From NCBI GenBank assembly GCA_036172245.1, contig JAYWIR010000029.1, positions 1,736,001-1,800,000 on the forward strand: 64,000 nt of DNA, written 5' to 3'. The notes below the pieces were generated by a model. That model worked only from the letters and a program-made list of their open reading frames with translations. It was not told the DNA's origin and made no database searches. Of the stretch, positions 1 through 12,700 are shown piece after piece (within the stretch, counting starts at the first letter, position 1; each line of letters starts with the position of its first letter). The position numbers and the translations under genes are program-made. The DNA comes from Raillietiella orientalis. Its lineage: Eukaryota.

Positions 1-79
1 CGTGCAGCAAACTTTGAGTAACCAGGTGCAAGGTGCAGGCGATTCAGGGATGCAACAAGATGCACGGTTCTGAATGGTG
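1..79 (+). repeat. Exact copy of 14958-15036 (end of a duplicated block that probably extends upstream of the window)
   Basis: cgtgcagcaaactttgag...cggttctgaatggtg is identical at both sites. Looser similarity continues about 100 nt further, to ccttggaaa. Confidence 0.95.
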
Positions 80-1506
80 CACTTTTGCTATGTGGTGAAG
101 AGAAAATTCTGAGCTTGTACTGGTCTCGTGCTAAAGTAAGCTATTGAAGCACAATGGACCTTGGAAACGTGTTTTCTACAAAAATATTGTTTTGATATGA
201 ACAAATATTAGGATGTCGACTGAAGTTTCCTTAGAGTCTTCGTTTCTAAAAATTCTTGTGTGCCTATATATTTGAGAAGTACATATACATGGATAAGATA
301 ATAAATGTTATCCATGTTTATAAATTTCATATTCATAGGAGTTATACATTGTATGCAACTTTGATAAATACAGTGCTTTGTATATCTGGGAACATCGTTA
401 AATGTAGTAATGTTTGCAGTCTATTATTGAATTTGTGTCTTGTTGTATGTCTCAACCGAATTATTTGGTGCACACTTTAGTCTTTTATTGTGTCGTCTAA
501 TGGTATTTCTCTAATCATTGCAATTATGCATGTGAAACTGAAATTCGTATTTAAACAAGGTAATATATGAAATACAGTTTTCTCCAAACTGTATTACATA
601 CATACTGTGGGAGATCATTTCAATAGAGTATTGTGAAAATCTTTGTTTTTCTGAAATCCATTATTTCATTGGCAGTTACCTGTTTTTGAATTCTGAAGAT
701 CATTTTCAAAGATCAGATGTGTACATTCAGGTAATTAACAGGTGTGGGGGGAAAGAGTAACGTAGATGAGCTGAAATGAAAAGTAATAAACATTTATTTG
801 TTCTGACTAAATATCTACTTTCCTTCCAGTATATAATCTGATCTGATCTGATTGAATCTGATCTTTCCAGTATATTCAGTTCAGAAGGTATTCAACTTCA
901 AATTGTTCAAAATGTATCTGCAGCAGTTGCTTAATTTTAAATATATTCATTTATATAATTCTATATTCCTCAATTTTCCATTATATGATTTTATTATACA
1001 ATTTCACTGTAGGGTAAAGGTTTTGACTAATAGCTGGTTTGCAGTCGACGTAAGAAGCAGCGGTCACTTGTTCTATTTTTTGTAGTTTCATTTCCAAACT
1101 CAAAAAAGTGTCCATGTAGTTTACATAAATGTTGCGCATAAACCAAATACGATCGTATTTTGAAACTTATCTGTCAATAAGCGTACTAATTTTAGCTTAT
1201 AATGCGTAGATTTGCTCAGCCTTGAGAGATGGCGACTTAAAAGGAACAATGACTATTATATTTTACCTTCTCATACGAACAAATGGAAACAAATGAAAAT
1301 AATGGATACGAAAGTTTACTAATTTTTTCACTGACTTATAGTTTTTACGATATTCAGAAGATATACTTGATAATAAAAACTTTTCAAGCATGTTTCATTA
1401 TAAGTTTGTTTTGGTATTCATTTAATGGAGTGGAGTTTGGTATTTCTGTTTAAGGAAAACACTGCATGTTGTTTACAAAGGTGTTTGGACGGAAAATTGT
1501 ATCAAA

Positions 1507-3393
1507 ATGCCTTTAAACGTAGAAGGTTCGCCCAATTCTGCGCAGAATTTGAATTTTCCTAGCCCGATTATCACGAGACGAACGAGAACTCTATCTACGT
1601 AAGTATTTACGTGTGCCTGGCCAAAACATCAGATATGCAATACAGCCCATAAAGCATGTTGAAGGCATTTTCAAAACTTTAAACATAAGTACATGACTCT
1701 GTAGAATGATTGAACCCTCCGTAACCTAAAGCTGTGAAATGCCATTCTCTTGCTGATGATTTTGAAAAGCATAAGGCATTGTTGTAAACATTATTTCTGT
1801 ACAAGTTCATTATGAAAGTGTAACACAATAGGTACTCAATTAAAAGGCATAGCAAGGGTAGGTGTTAATAGTTCATCAGCAATCGACCACTTTCGAAACC
1901 GTTAGTATGTTATTTTTCCAGCATTTGTTGTTTTCTGTTTATAAAGGTAAAGTTCTCTTTCTAATTAGTGCTTTGCAGACTACTTGTTTAGGGTAATGTT
2001 TATCTGGGGTTGAATATTCATTTTGCACATACTTGCTGCATTTGTCCCTTTGTTAACCAAAACATCGTTCCTTATGTTAACAAAGTTCAATGGAAATAAA
2101 AATAAGATATCTATTTTGCTTTGATTAATATTTGAATGAAATTTATTCTAAAGTACATTTATTCAGACTTATTGATCTTCTTTCATAAAATATGCATATC
2201 ATGCATTTGCTCCTGCTCATCCAAGTGTATATATGCATATCTGTTATTAAACATAAGATTAATTATGATTCAATGATCAATACAGTACAAATTTGAAGAT
2301 TTTATGTTTCATGTAGTGTTGCACATTTGGTATTTAATCTATGTAAAATCAGAAAAAACGTAAGTGATGTTCGTGTACATGCAGTGAATGTACATATGTG
2401 GAACTTTAATGAGTATAAGCAAGTGTTAAAATAGATGAATGTCAGTTTAAAGGTAGAACTTGCTTCAGTGTTGCATTTCTGTATGTATTGCGCCCTTATT
2501 TAAGGGAACCATAGTTCTTTGTTTTCTCATATTGCATATTACCATAGCTCATTTAAAGTTTCGGTGTGCCTTGTAGAGTTCAGTTTTGTAAAATGGAATC
2601 ATTTGAAAGTTATGCAATTTGGAGCATTCCCAATTTAGTACAAAGTAGGTAAAAAAAATTCCATATAAATCTGAAGATTCAGTGAGAGATTTGTAAGATT
2701 CAGAGATTTCACTAGCATATCTCTGCTTCATAAAATCAGTTTTGTCATTAAGGAAAATCTTGATTTAGCATGTGTAAAATGGTGAATCAGTAATTATTGG
2801 TGAAAAGGAGTTATATATTGAATTTTGAAATTTACATTAATAAGAATTATTCTTGAAACTATGGCCAGACGTGATTACTTTTTGTTGATGAGGGTGTACA
2901 GCACTGGTGGTGTACTGTATTATGTTTAGATGTTTATGCCATATATTTGAAAATATAATGGTTTGTCTGATAAAGCTTAAATTACTTTGCACTAGACTGC
3001 ACACCATTAAAAAGTTAAAGATAACTAAATATGAATATGATTAAATTCGTGCTATCTTGTTTTAGCAATATGAAAGCTCTAAACAATCCTGTAGAGCAAG
3101 GAACAGTCAAGTTTTTTTGCCGTAACAAAGGCCATGGTTTTATTACTCCTAATTCAGGTGGTGAAGAAATTTTTGTGCACATTTCTGAGTAAGTATACCA
3201 TTTAAGAATGAGAAATTCATTGAGGTATAGCATTGAAGGAGAATTTGTTCCATGTGAAGGTGACATAGTTACATTTCGGCGTTGCCCAATGCCCCCCAAG
3301 TGTGAAAAAGATCAAGCAGTTCATGTTGAAATTGTAAACTTCACCCCCACCATTCACATTCCTTGGAACTCACATGAAGGATCTGGTCATTGA
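1507..3393 (+). CDS. CARHSP1: Cold-shock-domain protein, CARHSP1/CSDC2 family; exons 1507-1598, 3066-3188, 3231-3393
   Basis: Spliced translation MPLNVEGSPNSAQNLNFPSPIITRRTRTLST NMKALNNPVEQGTVKFFCRNKGHGFITPNSGGEEIFVHISD IEGEFVPCEGDIVTFRRCPMPPKCEKDQAVHVEI. It has the RRTRTxS motif and the RNP1/RNP2 CSD motifs. GT-AG introns of 1467 and 42 nt keep the frame. Confidence 0.93.
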
Positions 3394-3422
3394 AAGAAAT
3401 ACATGGGAAAATGGGTACAACA

Positions 3423-3835
3423 CTAGTTGCACTTCCACACACAGATGGCAAGATTGCCACCAAAGAACATGTACAGAAGATGATGAACCTGATGAGATAC
3501 TTCAAAACCAAAGCTTTCACCCACTACCACATGCCATGGTCCGCCAAATCGAATATCCATGCTTTCTTTGATTAATTTGGCTGCCATCTGATTTCCAAAA
3601 TTAAATGTGACAGCATGTGATAGCATGTACTTCACCTCATTATTAGTGGGGTGTTTCTCGCATGCTGTAACGCATAGTTCACTGCATTCTAATTGTGTGT
3701 CTTCTGCCATATCTGTGTGCTATCCAAGAAGTTCTTTGTTTCATAGATCCCCTCCCAACTTACCCGGATTAATGGATATGTGTGTACAACCTTTTTGCTG
3801 CTATCTTCTTTTTTTTCTAGACTTACGTCAACCAT
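3423..3835 (-). CDS. DNAL4: Dynein axonemal light chain 4; exons 3835-3764, 3719-3636, 3587-3423 (106 aa)
   Basis: MVDVSLEKKEDSSKKVVHTYPLIR HTDMAEDTQLECSELCVTACEKHPTNNE MAAKLIKESMDIRFGGPWHVVVGESFGFEVSHQVHHLLYMFFGGNLAICVWKCN matches DNAL4 along its length. GT-AG introns of 44 and 48 nt. Confidence 0.94.
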
Positions 3836-3911
3836 GATCAACCTACAACACTAATTGTTAATGCCTAAAAAAGTGCACTGCACCCCTTTAATCCCTTGAA
3901 ACAAACAGGAT

Positions 3912-5037
3912 TTATTTGCTATGGCAAATAGTTGTCTTAGGCTTTCCATGATTCAGGGTGGCTAGCAGCTGACATGCTTTGCAACAAGGTTGACTACTTA
4001 AACAGCCACACTGGTTGCACTGTTGTTGTATAGGATGACGGATACTTTCAGATGCCCTGAGCATGCTCCCTAGATCAGAGCTGTCCATTCTGGATAGAGG
4101 ATGTCTATTCCTACCTGACTGGATGATGTCCAGCACACCTGAAGGCCGTAACTGAGTCAACTGAGTAATCAGATTACGTGCATGACCTCGGAATGCATTG
4201 GTGCTGTATGTACATTCAGTAGAAAAATAATTTAGGCGCTGAAAGTAAGCATATAGCACAATTTCTCGTTCTAAAGCTTGGTGAAGTGGTTTAGCACGTG
4301 GAATGCCTTCAGCACCAGTCTGAAAAAACTTCAAATTACAAAAGATCTTTCATGCCACACTTACAGTGAGCATACCAGTACAGCGCTGCAAACGTTGCAC
4401 ATCACCACGCAACACATTCATGATAACTGTTTCAGCCACATCATCAGCATTGTGACCTGTCACAATACAATCCACTCCCAAGTATGCTGCTCCCTTATCA
4501 AGAGCTTGACGGCGAAAAACTCCACAAAAGGAGCAATTATGCCGCTGACCTACTTGATCCACAATCTCATCCATAGTCCATCCATATAACTGCTTATATG
4601 ATAATATGTGCAATGGCACTCCATATGTTTGGGAGTTCTGTTGCACAGTGATTAGAGAATCATCCCGATATCCTAGGATGTAAATAAAAATTTAGCAAAC
4701 TGTCTTGAACATACCAGATATGCCTTCATCTATGGACAATAAAACCAGCTTTAACTGATAATTGTAACGTTCATTTAGCAGATGCAGGACATGAAGCAAC
4801 ACAGTTGAATCTTTACCACCGGATGCACCTATAGCAATATATTTGTATTTTTGAAATAATTCATTAGATACAATGGTATCATGAACTTCCTTTTCAAATA
4901 CTTCCAGGAAACACGTTTTACATAAGATGTGGCCAGTTTTTGGTCTCTATGAGCACAGTGCAGTGTATTGCATGGATGTTTTAAATGCATACCTTCATGT
5001 TTGCTCGTGCTTCACACTTGCTACACTTTGCAGGCAT
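3912..5037 (-). CDS. CTU1: Cytoplasmic tRNA 2-thiolation protein 1; exons 5037-4993, 4946-4715, 4672-4365, 4319-3912 (330 aa)
   Basis: N-terminal CxxC...RPKTG...CxxC, PP-loop [53 protein letters not shown]...FRGHAR and C-terminal CxxCG...CKAC. GT-AG introns of 46, 42 and 45 nt. Confidence 0.96.
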
Positions 5038-6599
5038 TGTTAGAGCACCCTCAAAATTGTTACATTACACATATCACACAGTATATCTGTGGAAATGTAC
5101 ACAATGCATGATGCATAATAACGTGAATCAACACCTGCACAAGTAAAATTGCTTATTTATTCAAAGTTTTCGGGCACAATTTTCACTCGATGTAACCGGA
5201 AATAATTCGTACATTCATACATAACGACACAATGTTCATTTGTACAGGTGCCACCTTTTCAATTATTGATTGAAGGAGTTTGCCGTTTTGCTAAAGTACC
5301 TTTTGAAAATCAGTGAATGTAAGTCATTTGCTAAGGAAACAGAAAAATACTGTACATTTTTGGTGAAATCGCCATTGATTAAACAATGGATCTCTTAGTA
5401 AACTCGAAAGATTGTTACAACAAATACGGCACACAAATAGGAAATGCTCAAAGGTCTTAAGCATACATTAAGCAATTCTTTCAAATGAACAATTCAATGA
5501 ATGCCATTATCGTCCTTACACTTCTATCCCGAGAATATTATCGAAAGAAGTGTACTCATTCATTCGAAAGTTTTCTGCTAAATGCAGTTTTCCGACTACG
5601 CTCGTTCTTTAACTTCGTTGATATTCGGCTTTCTCATTACTCTGAGAACTCTTCTTAGCTATACAATCCATAATTCACCAGTATTCAACAACCAAGCAAT
5701 TTTAACAACTACATGTGTTCAACTCTTCGATGGTGGTCTCATGCATTACACATGCGTTACCATCTCAATTAACCTATTCTCAAGGAAAAACATGATTGTT
5801 TTACCAAGATTGCTTTATGGTTCATAGTTTTATAAAAATAACAGTTTTATAATTCATGACATTATCAACTTCCCAGTTTCTGTGTATCCATCTACTCATA
5901 CAATTCGTGCGTAGAATGATTTTGGTTTTTACAATGGAAAGCAGGGTGCGCAGTCATATCTTATGCTTTAATATTCCAATTAGCAGCTTCATGTGATTTA
6001 GGTCAATGCAGCTGTGTTCAAAGTCTCAAGTATCTACTTGTGCACTGAATTAGTAGGCGATTTTCGTAATAAAAGTAACATTGTCCTCAGGGAAACTACA
6101 GGAGTTTAATGTGTATATATTCAACGATTCATTGACGACTGCGCATAGCAATATGATCAAGCAACAAGTAGTTTCACTAAGAACGTGAGTTTAAACGTCT
6201 TGCACTAAGGCATTTTACGAAATCGATACACATTTGGATTATTTGGTGACAATGATTGCTATTTATAATTGCACCTACTATTCTGGTTGGTTGGAGAAAT
6301 ATGAATTTTTTTTTCACACTTTTACTTTGGATATTCATGTAATTTTTGAAAAACATCCATTGTGAGACTTTAATAAAGGATACACGGTCAGAACGCTTTC
6401 ATGATGTAAAAAAAATATGAAGTAAGCACAAAAACTACCTTAACTAAATCTGTAAATCTGTTAGAGGTCAATTAACTATTTGAGAATTATCTTGATTGCT
6501 TTAATCGCAGAAAGTGAAATTAAAATCACATAAAATGGCATCCAATAGAATGCATCATATTAGTCTTAAGCGACAATGTTAACACAGAATGTGTATGTT

Positions 6600-9500
6600 G
6601 AATTGAAAGACCTTGAACGAATGTGTCAGATGAATTGAATGCTGCTGTGGAAACGGTTGGAGGGAAAGAGAGGAAAACCGTTTAAAGGAGAGATCTGAAA
6701 ACCAATAACAAAAAAACAGAAAAGAAACAGAAAAAAAAGGTATTATAAGGACATGGATCAAGAATAGAAGGCATCCATTATTAATTAATGATATAACCCC
6801 AGAGTGATGCTTGATAATGGAGGGAAATGATGAGAAATCAGTATGACTCCTAAACTGATAAACCCAGGGCAAAGCAGATAATAATTATATTCATCGCTTG
6901 CATTTATAGTTTTATTTATGTCTGAAATCTGTAGCCTATTAGAATCTTCAAGAGTATTTTTCTTGAGTTTTCTTGAATTGAATTTTCATTTAGGAACTTT
7001 AATCAGACAATGGCACCTCTTTCTTTTGAAGTCATCCTTTTCGAATTTAAGTTTAACTTTTTATTCTATTCCGGATAGATGTCAAAATATCTGATTTTTA
7101 GAATATTGAGTCTTAGCCAAAATCCATCCACAACTTTGCTTCTGTGACTCACAACTGTAGTCACACAAACTTTGACATCAGAAACTAAACATACTCTTCA
7201 ACACATTGCAAGATATGGCCCGAAGAATGACTTAAAGTGGAATCATCAGAGAGAGCTGAATTTCAATAGTCAAGCATTCAAGATTTTTTTTTTCTTTTTG
7301 AAAAAAAAGTCAATTCCTTGATTATTATTTGATACAAATAGACAACTTCAAGGTATAACGATTAGTGCCTTTGAAAGATCTTGTATTACTTTAGTATATG
7401 CTTTCAACATCAGGGTTGCTTATGTTTTTCACAAAAATAGAACCTTATAGAAATGTTACTATAATTCTACACAGCATTCTGCTACAGAGAACGAGAAAAC
7501 ACATTACTTTTAATACTTTATAAGTACATACCTGTCTTTGAGTTTGTCAGAATAATGCTGGTTTACATTTGGACAATGTATTAAATAAAACTGAGTTTGC
7601 AACTCAATGTACGGATACTTTTGACGTTTCTAATATATGCTGAAGTAATCAATGAGGTTTCGTTACTGGGAGCGTGAATAAACTACTTTTAAAAATTCCA
7701 TTCATTATGGAAATATCAATTTCCTTGTTTCTGCAAGAAATTCAGTTTCTTGTTTCTTACACATTGCAAATATTTGCATATGGTATGCACACACTCATAA
7801 GCATGTTATTTATGCTCTGTGTCTTTGGTAGTTTTGTAGTTTTTAGTGCATTCGGTGTGACTTACAATTAATTTGAATATGATAACAGATGTAGCAATTG
7901 AGATCTAGGAACACATAGGTGAAGCCGATACACATGCTCAATGTGAAGATGACGTAAGGAATGGAGTGGAGAAATGAATCCACAGAAAAATCAGCAATTC
8001 CAACTCCAATCGAAAAGATGAAAAAAACGATGACGGTAAAAACAACAACACAGAGACAAGAAAGACACGCTCCTGGAGAATAGAAAATTTCCACAATGTG
8101 TGAAAGTCATGAGCTTGCATTTTTAGTCAATTTTCATAACACTGAAGAGTACTTCACTAAGTGGAATGCAATGTCAGTGCATCTTGCTGCAAACTGCTAA
8201 TGATCACAGTGAATGACTTGGAGGCAGTGTCTGTCAGAAAAGAGCTGCTAAATCAGCAATCCACGAAGCCGATGTGTAGGTGTTCCGATTTCTATGATTA
8301 CCAAATTTGCTGTCAAATACCATCACTGAGCGTTAGCTCAGCATCTTTGCAACACCTACACCGATGAAGCATGGGAGCATCAGATGCAAATGACTTTCAC
8401 ACTATGTACCTGTATGCAGCTATTCTCCGAATTATCCTCAGTGCAGTGAACTGACACAAATATAAGGGTTTTCATCTGTAGAGATTGTAAGCGCTCACAG
8501 AGATAGTAAAGGATCCGACCTGCAACGGTATCTTTGCAATTGGAATGTGCGATGACTAGGTGTCAAGGCAATTCAGTCTTGGAAATGGGATAAACTGTGG
8601 TTCGTAGCGGGATACGGCGAAGCTCTTTAAACTCGAGGAATTCGTTATTCACTCCGGAGTTCAATAGTCGGCAGCAATCGACTGTTTCATCTCCTGCACA
8701 CATACAAAAATACGTTTATGTCTTTTTTTCCCACTGCAAGCTCGAGTGCTCTAGGGATATGCTATATGAAGGCGAACACTGAGCACAGCAAGAACAGGTG
8801 TGTCCACACTTCTGATTCTACAAGCATCAATCCCTTAGAGCGAAAAAGTTGGTTGGGCCCCATGTTTTTCTTTCATCCCTTGTTGTTCATCCATTACGAC
8901 AAGAGAAAGCTCCCAGCACATGGACAAGGAGTGTGCTACCACCCAGCTGAAAGTAAAGTTTCACAGTGGTAAGGTTACTGGGTTAGCACAGTGGAAGAGA
9001 ATGACGCGCCTGGTTCTTGTGTGGTAAAACGGATCTTGAAAATCGAGCCGAGAGCATTCCACAAGAAAGTTGACCCTGCTCCTGCGGTCTTTTTCGGAAA
9101 TTCTGTGGGCAGTGCAGCAGCATTATCGAGGTGAGTTGATGACCACACAGAAACAGTAGAACCTGCAGGCTGAGTCTCAAAGGGACAGAACGTCTCAATA
9201 TTTGTTTGGGGAGAGAACCGATGTACTTCCCAAAATAGTCAAAGTTGGTGCTAAATGAGAGCAACTTCGATGATTCTCAAAATAAATAATGAAAATGATT
9301 TCTTTGATACTGTTAACATAATGTAATCGAATTCTATAGAAGGATGCTTTACAAGTCGTTCCCAAAGCTGAAAACAGGATAAGCACTGTTAAAATCAAGG
9401 CTTTAATAGCTGGAGGTGAAATCATTAGGATCAGTAAGAGCAATCGATGCAACATCGGGACACCAAGAATGGGGTGGACATTTGGAGTACTCATTTGCAT

Positions 9501-10110
9501 AATGTGGAAAACACGAAAGGAAAACACGCTAAAGTTCGAAAATGAACCACGGAACACCACTCAAGCTTATCATTTTCCTCATATGGACCAACAAAAGAAG
9601 ACGGGAACAACTGTCAAATTCAGCTGAACAAATGCAATGAATCCATGATGATTTTTATCAATAACAAAAGCTAAAAATTACTTAGGAGGCAGAAGGTAAT
9701 TCTTATGTTTTGTTAATGGTAAAAGTCATTACTTCTGGTAAAAAATTACCTTTTGCAAGATCTATCTGATGGATGTCCCTGAAATAAATTCTCAATGAAA
9801 TACTTTTGTTAAAGGCGGATGATTTTTTCTCTTCCCTACTGACTGATTTTTCGATTCTCAGGATTAAAGAGATGGATGCCAAAAGTACAACTAGACCAGT
9901 AACCAATCGATTCATTTATTCTGATTTTATTGTGCCCGTGGCAGAGGGGTACAGTAATTTCTGAATCCGTCTTCGTAGACTTGCAGAAGAGCGGGATCAC
10001 CCACATGCAAGCATCAACTGTGATTCATCAAATGAGATCTGAGTCATATAAGGCACAGATCACCTCTTTCCGATTTCAAGGATGCGCGCTGCTTTGATCT
10101 GAAGAGCACA
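6600..10110 (+). mobile_element. Degenerate Maverick/Polinton relic A (pPolB, small conserved ORF, chromodomain integrase, minor capsid)
   Basis: Motif remnants in order: EVILFEF (~7030, ExoI-like), IYAEVINEVSLLG (~7635, pPolB motif-B-like), RKELLNQ...QIPSL...LQHLHR (ORF 8161-8367), TERLNICL (~9185), GEIIRISK and GWTFGVL (~9415-9490, like GDxVRISK and NWTxE), FIYSDFIVPVAEG..IRLR (~9910, like minor capsid YxD..P..VG...LLR). Many stops and frameshifts. Confidence 0.6.
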
Positions 10111-10129
10111 ACTGCTGTGTGCTTTTCTT

Positions 10130-11900
10130 CGGAGCTCTTGGAGGACTTGTGAGGGTTTTGAAGGAAGCCGGTTAGTAGCTTGCCGGATAAGGCATCTCTA
10201 CTACAGCGATAAGGGAGCAATTATTCATCAGTCTCGATGACAAATGACAGCAGAGGGATGTGCCATCTCGGTTTCTCAGATTCGATGCATCTATGAACAC
10301 GGAGATTCCGTTCCAAGAAACTCATTAAATGTCCATCCAGGTGCTCTGTCGAAGGTATTCGTGTACCGATACCACAGTAGCACCTGCAAAGGAAATGCTG
10401 AATGACCAATTCAAGAGGCTGAACTTCAAGAGCATTTCACGATATGTCCGCGCTTATTTGTCAGTAAGCTCCAGGAGCGATGTGAAGTATTTTCTCCAAA
10501 GTGATTCTTCTCCATTCTTGCAATCTGTTCCATCAGTCATGCTCATGAAGCTTTCAGAGCATTGCAACTGCTACCATGTATGGCGCTTCTGGAGTAAGGC
10601 TTTCTATTATTTTAATACAGAGAAGTCTGCAGCGACAACAACAGGTGCTACTTATTGCAGCATCTGTTGTTGTCGCTGCAGACTTCGTCTAGCTGCTTCA
10701 TCTGGCCGTTGACCCGAAATGCATGTCCAATACATGTGTTAGCTACATCACATATTAGAATACACCACTGTGCGCTTCATATGGACTGTGCACATGCGAG
10801 ATATCTCGAGCACCCGTAGGATTCCATCGTTTTTCGGATCTCAGGATCTCAGGGAGTCTGCCACTAGCTCTCGGGCGATGCCAGCACCCAGAAGTCAAAG
10901 AGGAGAGTCATTTTCTCTATCGTGCCTTCTCCAACCCTGTAATGGAGTTTTCGAAAGGACAGAAAAGATCTAGGATGATGACTCGATTCTTTCTCTCAAG
11001 TACCAGGCACTGGCCTAAGCTTTGAGAAGACTTTCAAGGTTGTTTGGTTGAGGATCATCAGCTTACAGATGATTTTTCTGCCCACCTGCCATTGAACAAT
11101 GCTCCCATTCTGATGACAGAGAAGAAGAACGACTTTTATGAGTCCAGTACCAGTAGTTTAGTTAGTTTAGTTTAGCTGAGGAGCAGCAAAGACACCCGAT
11201 GAAGCTCAAATGCAAGAAGTGTTTCGTTTTTCGTGCTGAAGACGAAACTGATGGGAGAAAGAAGGCAAAAAAGTGAAAATAAAACAATGCAATGCTGATG
11301 CGTCTCTTCTATAGATGTCCAGAGATGTCCACACTGTTTTTTTTGAAAAATGCCAGGAAATTCTGGTTTTGAGACTCAAGTATTCAGTGTATGCTTGATT
11401 CATTGAAGGATGCAGCAAGTGCGCAAGTCACTGCATGGTAACGCATGGCTGCAAAGCCTCGGAAGTCCCATTTTTGGCAAATCTGGATTCTGGATTGCTG
11501 GAATTTCTATTCCAATAGGAATGACGAGCAGCTAACGAGTCTGCGATCTAGACCTCCTCGATGCGAGATTAATCCATGCAGGTAATGGCATTAAGGTTTG
11601 CAGAGCCATTTCATAAGCTGTCGTGTAGCGGCAAAAGGATCCTTCCCGAACCTGGCTTCTCTTCTTGGATGCTCATTACATGGCTCTTTCCATTTTTCGA
11701 CTCAAAGCTCCCCAGTCTGCACGTTCAGTTCCTTGGTGTCAGTTTGGCAGCCATCAAGGTGCGTGGTGCAAAGCTTGCAGCTGGACCTTTCTTGTTGAGG
11801 TTTGCTAGACACAACCTTTGGGGTTGGACACGCCAGCAAGCCACTGGAGAGCAACTACAGTTATGACTCCCTGGGAAACCGGCTAGAAGGCTGGCGAAGG
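10130..11900 (-). mobile_element. Degenerate RTE-like LINE (endonuclease to start of RT)
   Basis: Remnants IEIPAIQ/SRFAKNG (like IDIAALQETRF), WRKYFTSLL and RAPGWTFNEFL (like KAPGxDG). Confidence 0.5.
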
Positions 11901-12049
11901 GAAAAGCCACATGCTGCATGATCACTGACTGATCAAACGGAAATTGCGTTCATACCCAGGTCTTTTGACGCGCAGCGCGGCAGTGAGGTGAGGGAGGGAG
12001 AATGCTTTTAAAGAGAGAATTGCAGTTCTTCTCCGTGATTTTTGCCAAA

Positions 12050-12700
12050 ATTTTTATCTCTCTTGAGTGTAGGAGGTCTGGTCACCAAGACAAACTCCAA
12101 ACAACGGAAAACATGGGTGGTGCTTGTGGCTGTATCGAGAGGCCATCTATGTTTGTCAATTTCTGCTCCACTTTAGCGAAAATGCTGGAGCAAGAAATGT
12201 CTCAAGGATTTCGAGTATTCATACATTTAAATAACTGAATCGTAGCGTAGGGTGAATGCAAATTTAGTCGGTACATACTCCAGTGATCTATGCGAAACCG
12301 AAAATACCTAAAATTGGTAAACAGAAGCGAACCAAGAAGAGAGCAGTGGTGCATTCTAGGACCTGAATCTGCATTCGACACATAAAAAGACTTTTGTGAA
12401 AACTTTGGCCTCAATGCTTCTGATAACAGGATAAATAAATACAAGTACTGATGTACGAATCGCCCGAACTGTTCCACGGAATACATTTTTGCAATCCAAA
12501 CATCCATTCTGAGAAAAGTTCATCTAATTCGGAACGGATATTGGAGATGAAACACGTGGAATTTCTCGTCAGTTAATCATGAAGCACACACCAGTTGCAA
12601 ATTCTCTTCGAACCGCAAAACTCGAAAACTCCAATAAATTTCTTCTTTGTTTAGTCACGATTTCTGCAACGAGAATTTATAGCATTTTTTTTTCTTTTTG
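12050..12700 (-). mobile_element. Degenerate CR1/L2-type LINE RT fragment
   Basis: ORF 12202-12507 contains GPRMHHCSLLGSLLF, resembling GVPQGSxLGPLLF, followed by a YADD-like remnant. Confidence 0.45.

Noticed and set aside
9641..9774. C/D-box snoRNA-like pattern (atcca-TGATGA...CTGA-tggat)
   Set aside because: The stem register does not fit a canonical K-turn, no rRNA guide is recognisable, it is not intronic, and it lies within the Maverick integrase remnant.
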